Virus record (IMG/VR): IMGVR_UViG_3300010397_000014
Coordinates: 1 to 55,419 of that record
Direction: 5' to 3' (one strand)
Source: a virus
Taxonomy: Duplodnaviria; Caudoviricetes
DNA length: 55,419 bases
The translations under genes and the position numbers were made by a program. Under the pieces are notes generated by a model, which ran no database searches, was not told where the DNA came from, and was given only the letters and a program-made list of their open reading frames with translations. Numbering within the stretch: position 1 is the stretch's first letter; every line of letters starts with the position of its first letter. Of the stretch, positions 1 through 9,009 are shown in pieces.

Positions 1-123
1 ATCGGCCACGGGCAACAGCGGTGCTGCATCGGCCACGGGCAACAGCGGTGCTGCATCGGCCACGGGCAACAGCGGTGCTGCATCGGCCACGGGCAACAGC
101 GGTGCTGCATCGGCCACGGGCAA
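1..123 (+). repeat. 27-bp tandem repeat ATCGGCCACGGGCAACAGCGGTGCTGC (encodes SATGNSGAA), left part
   Basis: Four exact copies plus a partial copy at the window start. Confidence 0.95.
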
Positions 124-316
124 GCATGGCGCCGCGATGGCTGCAGGCTATGCCGGTCGCGCGATGGGCGCCGATGGCTGCGCGCTGTTCCTCGTGGAAC
201 GTGACAGCAACTGGACCATCGTCGCCGTGTGGGCCGGGATCGCCGGGCGCGACGGCATCAAGCCGAACACCTTCTACACCTTGGAAGGCGGGAAGCCCGT
301 AGAAGCCACCGCTTAA
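2..316 (+). CDS. 3' part of the same repeat protein (...SATGKHGAAMAAGYAG...DGIKPNTFYTLEGGKPVEATA*)
   Basis: Frame 2 is open from the repeat to TAA at 314-316; the C-terminal IKPNTFYTL motif is typical of this family. Confidence 0.85.
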   Translation, partial: SATGNSGAASATGNSGAASATGNSGAASATGNSGAASATGKHGAAMAAGYAGRAMGADGCALFLVERDSNWTIVAVWAGIAGRDGIKPNTFYTLEGGKPVEATA

Positions 317-346
317 CCCACACACACAACCCACAGGAGAGATCAG

Positions 347-646
347 ATGGCCTACCAGCAAGCAACCCAAGCAAAGATGCTCGCCGCGTTGGATCACGCG
401 ATGGCAGTTGGCATTCCGATGGCCGACTACGTTGCGCCAAGCGTGACGGCAGCGCGTCCGGTGAAAGCGCCAGAGCCGCAATGCGTCTGGGTTGGCGGGC
501 GGGAGTACACGGTCAGCTTTGGCGACGACGGGCACCCGTCATGCGTGCAAGTCCACGTCAAGAGTCACGGCTACTGCATTGCACTTCGCCGCTTGCCGCT
601 GAACGGCGACATCGCTCGCGCAGCCATCGCCAAGGCAACCGCCTAA
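347..646 (+). CDS. hypothetical protein
   Basis: RBS CAGGAG upstream; 99 aa. Confidence 0.7.
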   Translation: MAYQQATQAKMLAALDHAMAVGIPMADYVAPSVTAARPVKAPEPQCVWVGGREYTVSFGDDGHPSCVQVHVKSHGYCIALRRLPLNGDIARAAIAKATA

Positions 647-688
647 CTATCCATACCGCCGATACGGCACCACCAAAGGGGAAGACAG

Positions 689-874
689 ATGCGAATTAGT
701 TTCGAGTGCGTCGAACATAAAGCGACAAAGCGCTGGACCGACGCGAGCGGCAAGAAGCGCCAGCAGACGATGAAGTTCTTTCAAACGCTCAACCCGTTCA
801 ACAAGGGCGCGGACGGCTTCCCCAAGTCGCGCGAGCAGATTTGGAAAGAGTTGAAAGCGCAGGCCGCTGAATAG
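689..874 (+). CDS. hypothetical phage protein
   Basis: 61 aa with a KFFQTLNPFNK motif; purine-rich RBS. Confidence 0.65.
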   Translation: MRISFECVEHKATKRWTDASGKKRQQTMKFFQTLNPFNKGADGFPKSREQIWKELKAQAAE

Positions 875-941
875 CTTGCACAGCCGCCAAACCGCCTGTG
901 AAGTCTCCCCCATCTCGGCACACCCAATACAGGAGAGAAGA

Positions 942-1448
942 ATGAAAGAACAAGCACGCATCATCACCACCCGCCAGCCGAGCATGGCCTCAACGCTGGT
1001 AGCCGCCGTCGCCGCATCAATGGGCGCTGCTGGTCTTGCCTTTGGCAACGGCGGCAGCCAGCCCCGCGCACGGCGCACGCACACGCCGACGATGGTCATC
1101 TCGCCTGCTGCGGAAATCGCCGCGTGGAATGCCAAGGTGGCAGCGCGCAGCGACAGGCTCGACCGCGTTGCACTTCGCCGCCGTGATCGGATCATGGACC
1201 GCACATGGGCGGACAACGGCCAGCACCCGCAGTTCCCGAAGGCGCGCGTTCACAAGCAGGCCAAGCATCCGCAGCGCGACAAGCACGGCGCCTACACCTG
1301 CGTCGGCCCGGTCGTTCACTTCGAGCCGGGCTTCGATGGCGTCCCCGTTGATGACGCTGGCTATCGCGTCATGGGCGGCTCCAGTGAAGGCGACTGGTAC
1401 GGCCGCCGCATCTGGCTCGCCGGCATCAGCGCTCAGCGCGGGTATTGA
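942..1448 (+). CDS. hypothetical protein
   Basis: RBS CAGGAG then ATG at 942 (MKEQARIIT). Confidence 0.7.
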   Translation: MKEQARIITTRQPSMASTLVAAVAASMGAAGLAFGNGGSQPRARRTHTPTMVISPAAEIAAWNAKVAARSDRLDRVALRRRDRIMDRTWADNGQHPQFPKARVHKQAKHPQRDKHGAYTCVGPVVHFEPGFDGVPVDDAGYRVMGGSSEGDWYGRRIWLAGISAQRGY

Positions 1449-1477
1449 GCACACCCAATAGAACACTAGGAGCAGAA

Positions 1478-1687
1478 ATGAAAGAACAACAGCAGTCCGA
1501 TTTGACCATTGCTGGTCAGAGTGAGGCTCCTATGGCGGGTGAGGCCGAAGACCTGCTCGCCGAGATTGCATCCATCACCGCACGCCTGAAGGGCTACGGC
1601 CTGTCGCAGTCGGAGCGCCTTGTACTGAATAGTGAGCGCCATGAATTGCGCGCCCGCTACAACCTGATCACCGGAGCGCCATCGTGA
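1478..1687 (+). CDS. hypothetical protein
   Basis: RBS AGGAG then ATG at 1478. Confidence 0.6.
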   Translation: MKEQQQSDLTIAGQSEAPMAGEAEDLLAEIASITARLKGYGLSQSERLVLNSERHELRARYNLITGAPS

Positions 1688-1914
1688 ACGCCCACGGCAT
1701 CACGCATGTTGCTCTTGCACACGTAGAGGGGGAGCACCTGAGCGAAGCGCCCAACGCGCCAACGTTCGCAGCAATCGAAGCTGAGGCTAACGAATCTGCA
1801 CGCGAGATTGTTGCTCAACCGACAGCGGCCGAGATGCGCAGGGAACATCAACAGCTTGAGCGGCAAGTTCAGGCGAACCGACAAGACCCATTGCTGAAAG
1901 GCTTGTATGAGTGA
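1684..1914 (+). CDS. hypothetical protein
   Basis: GTGA overlap with the upstream stop. Confidence 0.55.
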   Translation: MNAHGITHVALAHVEGEHLSEAPNAPTFAAIEAEANESAREIVAQPTAAEMRREHQQLERQVQANRQDPLLKGLYE

Positions 1915-2455
1915 CCATCTGACCGCGCCTGTACAGAGTGGAGCTTCTACACCGGCTCTGGATGAGCGCTACAGCGAGCGCATTCAATGCAAGTCCTGCG
2001 GCGGTACTGGCAGTCAAGGCGAGCATGGTTGCACCGACTGCCTTGGCAGTGGGATTGACCCTGGTGCGTTTATCGGCGGGATTGATGCGGCCCTAAACGA
2101 AGCATACGCCGAGGGGCGGAAAGACGAGCGCGAGGATTGGGCAAGGTCAGTGCATGACGTTCTGGCCGAGCGTCAGCGCCAAGTAGAGGCGTTGGGCTAC
2201 ACACCGGAGCACGACGACGAAGAGCACGCATCGTTCCACACCTACAAGCCCAGCGGCGAATACTTCGTTCCGGTGTGCGAGCACACCATTGAAGTTGACA
2301 TTGATGACAGCTTCGACCCGCGCCCCATTGCGGCGGCTGCTATCGACAAGAAGATCGAAGAGACGCGCGCCGAGCTGACCAAGACCATCACCGATCTGCT
2401 GGAGCGCAAGGCGCAGTTGCTGGCGCTGGAAAACAAACCCACGGTGGACGCATGA
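1907..2455 (+). CDS. mosaic hypothetical protein (CxxCxGxG zinc finger plus phage accessory modules)
   Basis: CKSCGGTG...CTDCLGSG, then VLAERQRQVEALGYTPEHDDE, then a coiled C-terminus. Confidence 0.7.
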   Translation: MSDHLTAPVQSGASTPALDERYSERIQCKSCGGTGSQGEHGCTDCLGSGIDPGAFIGGIDAALNEAYAEGRKDEREDWARSVHDVLAERQRQVEALGYTPEHDDEEHASFHTYKPSGEYFVPVCEHTIEVDIDDSFDPRPIAAAAIDKKIEETRAELTKTITDLLERKAQLLALENKPTVDA

Positions 2456-2637
2456 GCGCCCTGGACATTCTCGCGCTCCACCATCGCCAGATGGCCCGCA
2501 GAACCTACCAGAGCCCGACAGAGCAAGCGCAATGGCTGTACTGCTACCGCCGTCCGACCCACTGGAAGACATGGGCGCTCAAGACGGCGGCTCTGGTCCT
2601 GCTGATCGCCGCTGTTTTCGTGGGTTGCCAATCATGA
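2452..2637 (+). CDS. small membrane protein
   Basis: ATGA coupling at both ends; hydrophobic C-terminus. Confidence 0.6.
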   Translation: MSALDILALHHRQMARRTYQSPTEQAQWLYCYRRPTHWKTWALKTAALVLLIAAVFVGCQS

Positions 2638-3002
2638 GCGAGAGCAAGAAATTCCGCGCCGGCCCGCTCTATGCCGCGATGACCGACGATGGCCGCGACG
2701 AATACATCCCGCCCTCGCGCCTCAAGCGCTGGATTGACAAGCATTTCCCCGCTCCTGCCAGCCCTTGCGGACGTGGCGGCATGTGCCTGAAGCGCCCCGA
2801 TTGTTCTGATCCGTATTGCCCTGGCAAGGCCGAGTCTTCGTACCTGCACATGCAGGAACCGCAAGAGCCGCCCATTCCAACCGCCGAGCAGGCGCAAAAC
2901 GCCATCTACGCCTGGCTCGTTCGTATTGCGGTATTCGTCTTTGCCGGGTTCCTCGCGTTCGCGCTTTTGAATCTGGAATGGCCGGCGTACCTGTTCGAGT
3001 GA
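2634..3002 (+). CDS. hypothetical membrane protein with Cys cluster
   Basis: ATGA coupling; C-terminal TM segment. Confidence 0.6.
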   Translation: MSESKKFRAGPLYAAMTDDGRDEYIPPSRLKRWIDKHFPAPASPCGRGGMCLKRPDCSDPYCPGKAESSYLHMQEPQEPPIPTAEQAQNAIYAWLVRIAVFVFAGFLAFALLNLEWPAYLFE

Positions 3003-3100
3003 AGCGATGAGTCATCAACAGTGGCAAGCAACGGTTGGCGACCGCGAACAATGGGAAGCCGGGTACGCACATTCAACACAGACCAACACAAGGAACACAA

Positions 3101-3766
3101 ATGTCAATCGCAACAATGATTCTAGGACAGAGCGGAACGGGCAAGACGGCGAGCCTGCGCAATTTCAACCCGGAAGAAGTCCTGCTGATTCAGGCCGTCA
3201 AGAAGCCGCTCCCGTTCCGTTCTAAGGACTGGCGTCCCTGCACCAAGGCCGACCCGAAAGGCTCGATTCTTGTCACCGACAGCGCTCCGGTAATCGTCGG
3301 CGCGATGGAGCGTACCAAGAAGCCGATCATCGTCATTGACGACTTCCAGTACATCCTGGCCAACGAATTCATGCGCCGGATTCTCGACCAGGAAACCGGC
3401 AACGCGGCGTTCGCCAAGTACAACGAAATTGCCCGGCACGCATGGGACATTCTCATGGCCGCAGGCAAACTGAGCGCCGGTACGCGCGTCTACATCCTTG
3501 CGCACACCCAGCAAGACGAAAGCGGCTTTGTCAAGGTGAAGACCATCGGCAAGCTGCTGGATGAAAAGATCACGATGGAAGGGCTGCTCACGATCGTGCT
3601 GCGCACCGCCGTCATCAATGGACAGTACGTGTTCTCCACGCAGAACAACGGACTGGACACCGTAAAGAGTCCCATGGATATGTTCGCTGACGACCATATC
3701 CCCAACGACCTCGCAGCTGTGGACAAGGCAATCTGCGAGTTCTACAACCTGACGGCTCCCGCCTAA
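3101..3766 (+). CDS. AAA-family ATPase, Sak4-like single-strand annealing protein
   Basis: Walker A GQSGTGKT and Walker B IIVIDD; lies directly before an SSB-like gene. Confidence 0.85.
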   Translation: MSIATMILGQSGTGKTASLRNFNPEEVLLIQAVKKPLPFRSKDWRPCTKADPKGSILVTDSAPVIVGAMERTKKPIIVIDDFQYILANEFMRRILDQETGNAAFAKYNEIARHAWDILMAAGKLSAGTRVYILAHTQQDESGFVKVKTIGKLLDEKITMEGLLTIVLRTAVINGQYVFSTQNNGLDTVKSPMDMFADDHIPNDLAAVDKAICEFYNLTAPA

Positions 3767-3786
3767 ACCTCAACACAGGAAACACT

Positions 3787-4410
3787 ATGTACAACCTCGA
3801 CACCACAGCAGCGCGCAAAGCCGACCAAACCGGCAATCGCATCAATGAAATCGGCAAGTACATCGGCACCTTCACCCAAGCCGAAGACATCACGGCGCAG
3901 ACCGGGACAAAGGGCGTTGCCCTGCGTTTCGAGAGCAACGGGCAGACCGCTAACCTGTCGCTCTACACCACCAAGGCCAACGGCGAACAGATCATGGGCT
4001 ATCAGGCCCTGATGGCAATCATGACCTGCATGAGCCTGCGCAGCATCACGCCCAAGCCCGGCACCGTGAAGTATTGGGACAACGACGCCAAGGTTGACGC
4101 AACACGACAAGGTCAGATTTTCCCGGAACTGTGCAACAAGCCCATCGGCCTGCTGCTGGAAACGGAAGACTATCCGAAGAATGACGGCGGTGTCGGCGTG
4201 CGCATGGTCATCGCCGGGATGTTCCAGGCGGCAACGGAGCTGACGGCCAGCGAGATTCTGGACAAGAAGACAAAGCCGGAACAGCTCGCCAAGATGGTCG
4301 CACGGCTGCACCACCGCCCGGCGCGTGCGGCGAAGGGCCAACCGGCAAGCCATGCGCCAGCCGGATCGTCCAGCGGGTTTGATGACATGCCCGACGATAT
4401 CCCTTTCTAG
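3787..4410 (+). CDS. phage single-stranded DNA-binding protein (DUF669-like)
   Basis: Acidic SSB-type tail FDDMPDDIPF; follows the Sak4-like ATPase. Confidence 0.75.
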   Translation: MYNLDTTAARKADQTGNRINEIGKYIGTFTQAEDITAQTGTKGVALRFESNGQTANLSLYTTKANGEQIMGYQALMAIMTCMSLRSITPKPGTVKYWDNDAKVDATRQGQIFPELCNKPIGLLLETEDYPKNDGGVGVRMVIAGMFQAATELTASEILDKKTKPEQLAKMVARLHHRPARAAKGQPASHAPAGSSSGFDDMPDDIPF

Positions 4411-4418
4411 GTCGCAAG

Positions 4419-4868
4419 ATGTACTGCAAGCACTGCGCCCAAGACAAGCCCGCCGAGGGCTTCTACAAGAGCAGCCCGACCAAGTGCAAGGAATGCACGA
4501 AGGCCGCTGTGAAACAGCATCGTCAGGCCAACCTTGAGCGCGTGCGCAGTTACGACAGGATGCGCAGTTCGCAAGCTCACCGCATTGCAGCGCGAGCCGA
4601 ATATGCCAAGACATTGGCCTATTCCGAAAGCCACGAGGCCGCGGCGCAACGCTGGGCGGCGAAACACCCAGAACGGCGCAAAGCAAGCATAGCCGTGGGT
4701 AACGCCATCCGTGACGGCAAGCTCATTCCCTGGCCCGTTTGTGCTGTGCCTGAATGCGACAGCAAGCCACAAGGGCACCACCCAGATTACACGCGCCCGC
4801 TGGACGTGGTATGGCTGTGCCCGCCCCATCACAAAAGCGCGCACGCTTTGGCAGAACAGCAGGCTTAG
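4419..4868 (+). CDS. HNH-like protein with N-terminal zinc finger
   Basis: CKHC...CKEC; HHPDYTRPLDVVWLCPPHH. Confidence 0.75.
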   Translation: MYCKHCAQDKPAEGFYKSSPTKCKECTKAAVKQHRQANLERVRSYDRMRSSQAHRIAARAEYAKTLAYSESHEAAAQRWAAKHPERRKASIAVGNAIRDGKLIPWPVCAVPECDSKPQGHHPDYTRPLDVVWLCPPHHKSAHALAEQQA

Positions 4869-4870
4869 CC

Positions 4871-5068
4871 ATGTACGCCGACTACAAGACCCATCTAGCG
4901 GCGAACCGCGCCTATGCCAAGACCGAAGCAGGCAAGGCGGCTAAGGCGCGGTCACATGCCAAGTATCTGGCAAAGCGCAAAGAGCTGAGCGCGTCGAACA
5001 GCTGGACGCCTGCCAGCAGCGCAGTCAAGCCGCTGGCCGAAGTTCTTTCATCTTGGAGCAGAACATGA
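4871..5068 (+). CDS. hypothetical basic protein
   Basis: ATG at 4871; ATGA coupling to the next gene. Confidence 0.55.
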   Translation: MYADYKTHLAANRAYAKTEAGKAAKARSHAKYLAKRKELSASNSWTPASSAVKPLAEVLSSWSRT

Positions 5069-5565
5069 AGACATCCCTCTACGAAATCGCCCTAGCCTAC
5101 CGCGCCGATGCGGAAAAGCTGTCCGACATGGACATGGACGAAACCACCCTGGCCGACACGCTCGAAGGCATGTCCGGCGAGCTGGAAGTGAAGGCGCAGA
5201 ACACGGCCTACGTGCTGAGGAATCTCGAATCCAGCGCCCAAGCCATCAAGGACGCCGAGGCCCAGATGACGGCAAGGCGCAAGGCCATCGAAAACAGAGC
5301 CTCCCGGATCAAGGATTACCTGCTCACCAGCATGCTGGTCGCTGGCGTGCAGAAGATCGAATGTCCGCACTTCAAACTTGCCGTGCGCGAGAACCCGCCG
5401 GCCGTCGAAGTGTACGAGCCGGGACTGATCCCGTCCGAGTTCATGCGCCAGCCACCAATCCCTGAACCAGTGCCGGACAAAAAGGCCATCGCTGAAGCGA
5501 TTAAGGGCGGACAGGATGTGCCCGGCTGCAAGGCTACTCGCAGCACCAGGCTCGAAATCAAATGA
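5065..5565 (+). CDS. siphovirus Gp157 family protein
   Basis: SLYEIA...DTLEG...KAQN...PDKKAIAEAIKGG-VPG pattern. Confidence 0.85.
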   Translation: MKTSLYEIALAYRADAEKLSDMDMDETTLADTLEGMSGELEVKAQNTAYVLRNLESSAQAIKDAEAQMTARRKAIENRASRIKDYLLTSMLVAGVQKIECPHFKLAVRENPPAVEVYEPGLIPSEFMRQPPIPEPVPDKKAIAEAIKGGQDVPGCKATRSTRLEIK

Positions 5566-5567
5566 AA

Positions 5568-5795
5568 GAGCCGCGCACTCTGACGGAATCAGCCACTGCA
5601 GGGGCCGAGGATGTCGGGTGCGCCGCTCCTATGAATACGGGGGAAAGCGAGCAGCGCATGACTGGAAGCCCGAGCGTTATGAACGAGTCGGCGGCAGACG
5701 GATCGATGCGGCGCGGAAATCGTCACAGCGGCGAAATCGGCCAAGTGAAGCAGCCCGAAAAATGCAGAAGGTAGCCCGCTGAGCGCAAGTACCCC
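5568..5795 (+). ncRNA. candidate structured RNA (two stem domains, loop-E motif)
   Basis: GAGCCGCGCACTC pairs with GGGTGCGCCGCTC; GGGG-GAAA-GCG-AG-CAGCG pairs with CGCTG-AG-CGC-AAGTA-CCCC. Confidence 0.45.
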
Positions 5796-5813
5796 ACCAA
5801 CACGAAAGAAATC

Positions 5814-6146
5814 ATGACCGATTTTGAACAAGCCGTGAAGACCGCCGCAGAAAAGGCGGTGCTGAAGTTCGTACATGACGGCCAATGGCTGATGCCGAAT
5901 TACGAAAGCCGCCTCAAGGTGCCCGCCGACTGGATCGCAGACTGCTGGCGCTTGGTGGATTCCGACAAGCTGAAGCGGCAGGTTGCGGAAAGGCTGGAAA
6001 GCGAACTTGCCGACCGCATGGTGAACCACATGGCCGCGGAACTGGCTACCGACATCAAGCAAATTCTCAGCGTGAAAGAGCGCCGGGAAATGCTGCGGTC
6101 ACTGGCTCGCGACCACATGGACGCAATTATGAGGGCGGGAACATGA
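5814..6146 (+). CDS. hypothetical protein
   Basis: 110 aa; coupled to the next gene. Confidence 0.7.
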   Translation: MTDFEQAVKTAAEKAVLKFVHDGQWLMPNYESRLKVPADWIADCWRLVDSDKLKRQVAERLESELADRMVNHMAAELATDIKQILSVKERREMLRSLARDHMDAIMRAGT

Positions 6147-6511
6147 AACATGCATTAGAGCGAATCCGCGATCTAGCCGCGCTTGCAGGCTCCCCCGATT
6201 TGACCGCCCGCGCCGGTAAGGCTTCTACACCGGCTCGGCCTTTGGCTGACGTGCTGTGGGAAGCAGCGAATCATGGCTTGCTTGTCGAGACGTACTCGTG
6301 CCACGCAACAGCGCTGGCTGTGTATGGGAAGCGCTGGCGGCATCGCCCGTGGCATACGTGCTCGGCGCTGCGGTTCTTGGCCTCTCTCGGGTGTGACCAA
6401 GAGAAAGCGGGCTTCAATTACTACACCGACGAAGACGAAGAACGCGGCGCGCGATACATGTGGCTCCTGCTGGCCGCGTGCGTTGCCGAAGATGAAGGAG
6501 TGACGCTGTAG
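6143..6511 (+). CDS. hypothetical protein
   Basis: ATGA overlap; ends RYMWLLLAACVAEDEG. Confidence 0.65.
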   Translation: MKHALERIRDLAALAGSPDLTARAGKASTPARPLADVLWEAANHGLLVETYSCHATALAVYGKRWRHRPWHTCSALRFLASLGCDQEKAGFNYYTDEDEERGARYMWLLLAACVAEDEGVTL

Positions 6512-6550
6512 AAGCCGAGCCGACCGCGAAAACCAAATGAAAGGACTTCC

Positions 6551-7210
6551 ATGACATCCCCAACACAAGCAGCGCAGGCAGCTCCAGCGATGACAGATGA
6601 ACGGGCGGTGCTGGCCGAACTGGTGCGATTGCGGGATTGCGACATCAGCATGCGCCGCACACTTTGGCTTGATCAAAATAGAGCTGCGTGGGACCGTGCC
6701 CGCGACATTCTTGCTTCCCAGGTAGCGCCAGCACCAGCAATGGATTCATGGCTGAAAGAGGCCGAGCGGCTGATCGGCGGGTTGCAAGCTGCCGTCGAGG
6801 CCGTCGAGTACACGATGGGCGACGAAGTTACGCCAGCTCGCTCCGCCCTTCTCGCCCATCTGCGAACCGTTCCGGTAGCTGCCCAGGTAGCGCCGCAAGA
6901 GCCGGTAGCGACGGTACATCGCGGCGGTACGGATGTGTTTGGCAGGGCCACGGCTCTGGTGCGATGGGAACTCGGCTCCGAGCAGTTGACCGATGGCGAA
7001 CACAAGCTCTACGCCGTTCCTGTGCCTGCCGCCCCACCCGATACCGAGCAAAAATGCCTGACGCCTCAGTTCTCTCACCTGCCTTGTGTTGCACACCTAT
7101 GCAATCGGGAGCAGCGATGCTTTCGCTTTGAGAATGACACTGTGCTTGCGCAGTCTGCCGCCCCACCCGAGGGGCAAGAACCAAACCCTGCTAACGGAGG
7201 CGAGCTGTGA
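6551..7210 (+). CDS. modular hypothetical protein (Ea22/Ead-like mosaic)
   Basis: RBS AAGGA; QEPVA and AAPP linkers separate short modules. Confidence 0.7.
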   Translation: MTSPTQAAQAAPAMTDERAVLAELVRLRDCDISMRRTLWLDQNRAAWDRARDILASQVAPAPAMDSWLKEAERLIGGLQAAVEAVEYTMGDEVTPARSALLAHLRTVPVAAQVAPQEPVATVHRGGTDVFGRATALVRWELGSEQLTDGEHKLYAVPVPAAPPDTEQKCLTPQFSHLPCVAHLCNREQRCFRFENDTVLAQSAAPPEGQEPNPANGGEL

Positions 7211-7383
7211 GGCCCGTTGCTGGCCGCATGTATTGGTGGCGGCAAAAAGGTGCGCTGGAGTGGCGCTTCGGGTATTGCAGTTCCGAATCAGCCGGACTTG
7301 TGCGTATGGGGCGGTGGAACGGCGATACATCAGGTGGGGTTGTCGTTGACCCGTCAGACATTGAATGGAAGGATTACCGATGA
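7207..7383 (+). CDS. 58-aa hypothetical protein (MRPVAGRMYWWRQKGALEWRFG...), below the ORF-track cutoff
   Basis: GTGA overlap upstream, ATGA overlap downstream, GGAGG RBS. Confidence 0.65.
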   Translation: MRPVAGRMYWWRQKGALEWRFGYCSSESAGLVRMGRWNGDTSGGVVVDPSDIEWKDYR

Positions 7384-7850
7384 TGCAAGACGAAGTGTTG
7401 GAACAGAAATTCATTGACGCCGCCTTAAACCTTGCGGAGTTAACCATGGCGCACGGATTCACTATTCCGGTGCCAAACACCACGCCGCCTCTGTTCGTTT
7501 CATTGCACGAAGGTCCAGTGCAATTGGGAGCGCCAACCTCTGCCGCCCCACCCGACAAGCAGGAACTGAGCGATGCAGCGCGCGATGTGCTGGCCGAACT
7601 GGCAAAGGCAACGAAAAAGTTCCCGACATGGCCCACCGATCCGCTTCATGCGCTGGCCGTGCTCGGCGAAGAGTTCGGCGAGTTGACCAAGGACATGCTG
7701 CAACTGACCTACGAGCCGCACAAGACCAGCGCAGCCAATGTCCGCAAGGAGGCCGTCCAGACCGCTGCGATGGCGCTGCGCCTCTACATGAGCCTTGATC
7801 GCTACCAGTATCGGCAGTGCGAGCAACACGAACAGGAAGGCCAGCCATGA
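7380..7850 (+). CDS. protein with MazG-like nucleotide pyrophosphohydrolase domain
   Basis: LGEEFGEL...KEAVQTAAMALR all-alpha EExxE/ExxQ pattern. Confidence 0.65.
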   Translation: MMQDEVLEQKFIDAALNLAELTMAHGFTIPVPNTTPPLFVSLHEGPVQLGAPTSAAPPDKQELSDAARDVLAELAKATKKFPTWPTDPLHALAVLGEEFGELTKDMLQLTYEPHKTSAANVRKEAVQTAAMALRLYMSLDRYQYRQCEQHEQEGQP

Positions 7851-8083
7851 CCAGAGAACTACTACAGCAGGCGCTGAAGGTGCTGGAGGCGATTCGCGCA
7901 GACGAGGACGACACCGGAAGCTATACGGTACTGGACGACGATATCCGCCCAGATGCAGACGCCGCCATCGCCGCCCTTCGCGCCGCGCTCCAGGCAGATC
8001 AAGCCGAGCAGAACCAAACACAGAAGGCAGATTTGACCTGTGCCTCCAGTGTCTGCGCTTCTAAGACGGCTCTACCCGAATGA
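7847..8083 (+). CDS. hypothetical protein
   Basis: MTRELLQQAL...AIAALRAAL phage motif; coupled. Confidence 0.65.
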   Translation: MTRELLQQALKVLEAIRADEDDTGSYTVLDDDIRPDADAAIAALRAALQADQAEQNQTQKADLTCASSVCASKTALPE

Positions 8084-8571
8084 CACTCGAAGTGGTCCCG
8101 CTCACGCTGCGCGAGGCGCAAGAGTTTGTGCAACTCCACCATCGCCACAACAAGCCGCCGCATGGCTGCAAGTTCGCGCTGGGCGTGCGTAACGGGCATG
8201 GGCTTGCCGGTGTTGCCGTGGCTGGCCGTCCGGTCGCGCGATCCTTTGATGATGGGCTGACGCTGGAAGTGAACCGGACCTGCACCGATGGCACCCCGCA
8301 CGCCAATTCGATGCTCTACGGGGCCGTGTGGCGCGCTGCGCGGGCGATGGGCTACCGGCGCTGCATCACGTACACGCAGGCCGACGAAAGCGGGACAAGC
8401 CTGCGCGCAGCTGGTTGGATCAAGGTTAAGGAACTAGAGCCGCGTGGCGACTGGGCGCAGTCCAGCGTGAAACTGAAGGCGTTGCGCGAACCAGCGCAGC
8501 AGACGTTCATTGACGACGAGCGCCGCAAGACAGGCGGTGTGGCTCGCGTACTTTGGGAGATTCGCAGATGA
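8080..8571 (+). CDS. XF1762-family (GNAT-like fold) phage protein
   Basis: HHRHNKPP...GVAVAGRPVAR...LEVNRTCTDGTPHANSMLYGA...ITYTQADESGTSLRAAGW. Confidence 0.8.
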   Translation: MTLEVVPLTLREAQEFVQLHHRHNKPPHGCKFALGVRNGHGLAGVAVAGRPVARSFDDGLTLEVNRTCTDGTPHANSMLYGAVWRAARAMGYRRCITYTQADESGTSLRAAGWIKVKELEPRGDWAQSSVKLKALREPAQQTFIDDERRKTGGVARVLWEIRR

Positions 8572-9008
8572 CATTGGAAAAAACGCCCACAGCATGGATG
8601 TGGCAGCACGGCGAAACCGGCATGACCGGGTTTTTAGAGGATTCGCCGCCCGACGAACTGGCGCGATGGGAGCGCATGAACAAGCCGCGCAAGATCATTT
8701 GCCCCCTGTACCGGGCCGCGTGTGCTGTCGCAGACACGGAACCGGCGCGGTCAAATGAACTGAACCCGGTATCTGCCTCCCCCGCGCTATCCCCGCAAGC
8801 ACCAGCAGGCTTCGTTCTTGCCAAGCTGGTACTTGATTACTGTCATGCGCTGGCAATGCGCAAGATGGCTGAGGTACACCCCGTCACGCAGTGGAACAAC
8901 ACCCAGTTGCCAAGGGCCAAGATGCGGGAGGAGATGGCACTTAAAGCTATGCACGACGCGGCGCTCGCCTCCCCACCTCCACCATCCCAGACACAAGGGA
9001 AGGAATGA
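8568..9008 (+). CDS. hypothetical protein
   Basis: ATGA overlap; AWMWQH...PLY module. Confidence 0.6.
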   Translation: MTLEKTPTAWMWQHGETGMTGFLEDSPPDELARWERMNKPRKIICPLYRAACAVADTEPARSNELNPVSASPALSPQAPAGFVLAKLVLDYCHALAMRKMAEVHPVTQWNNTQLPRAKMREEMALKAMHDAALASPPPPSQTQGKE

Positions 9009-9009
9009 A

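Noticed and set aside
1-123. 27-bp repeats as a CRISPR array
   Set aside because: Units are head-to-tail with no spacers, stay in frame within a CDS, and no cas genes are present
21-302. ORF-track proteins with LHRPRATAV or PVADAAPLL repeats (also 55221-55415)
   Set aside because: Wrong-frame or antisense translations of the SATGNSGAA repeat gene
5562-5774. 70-aa ORF after Gp157
   Set aside because: Low-complexity composition with no motif; the region is better explained by RNA base-pairing, although the ATGA overlap means coding is not excluded
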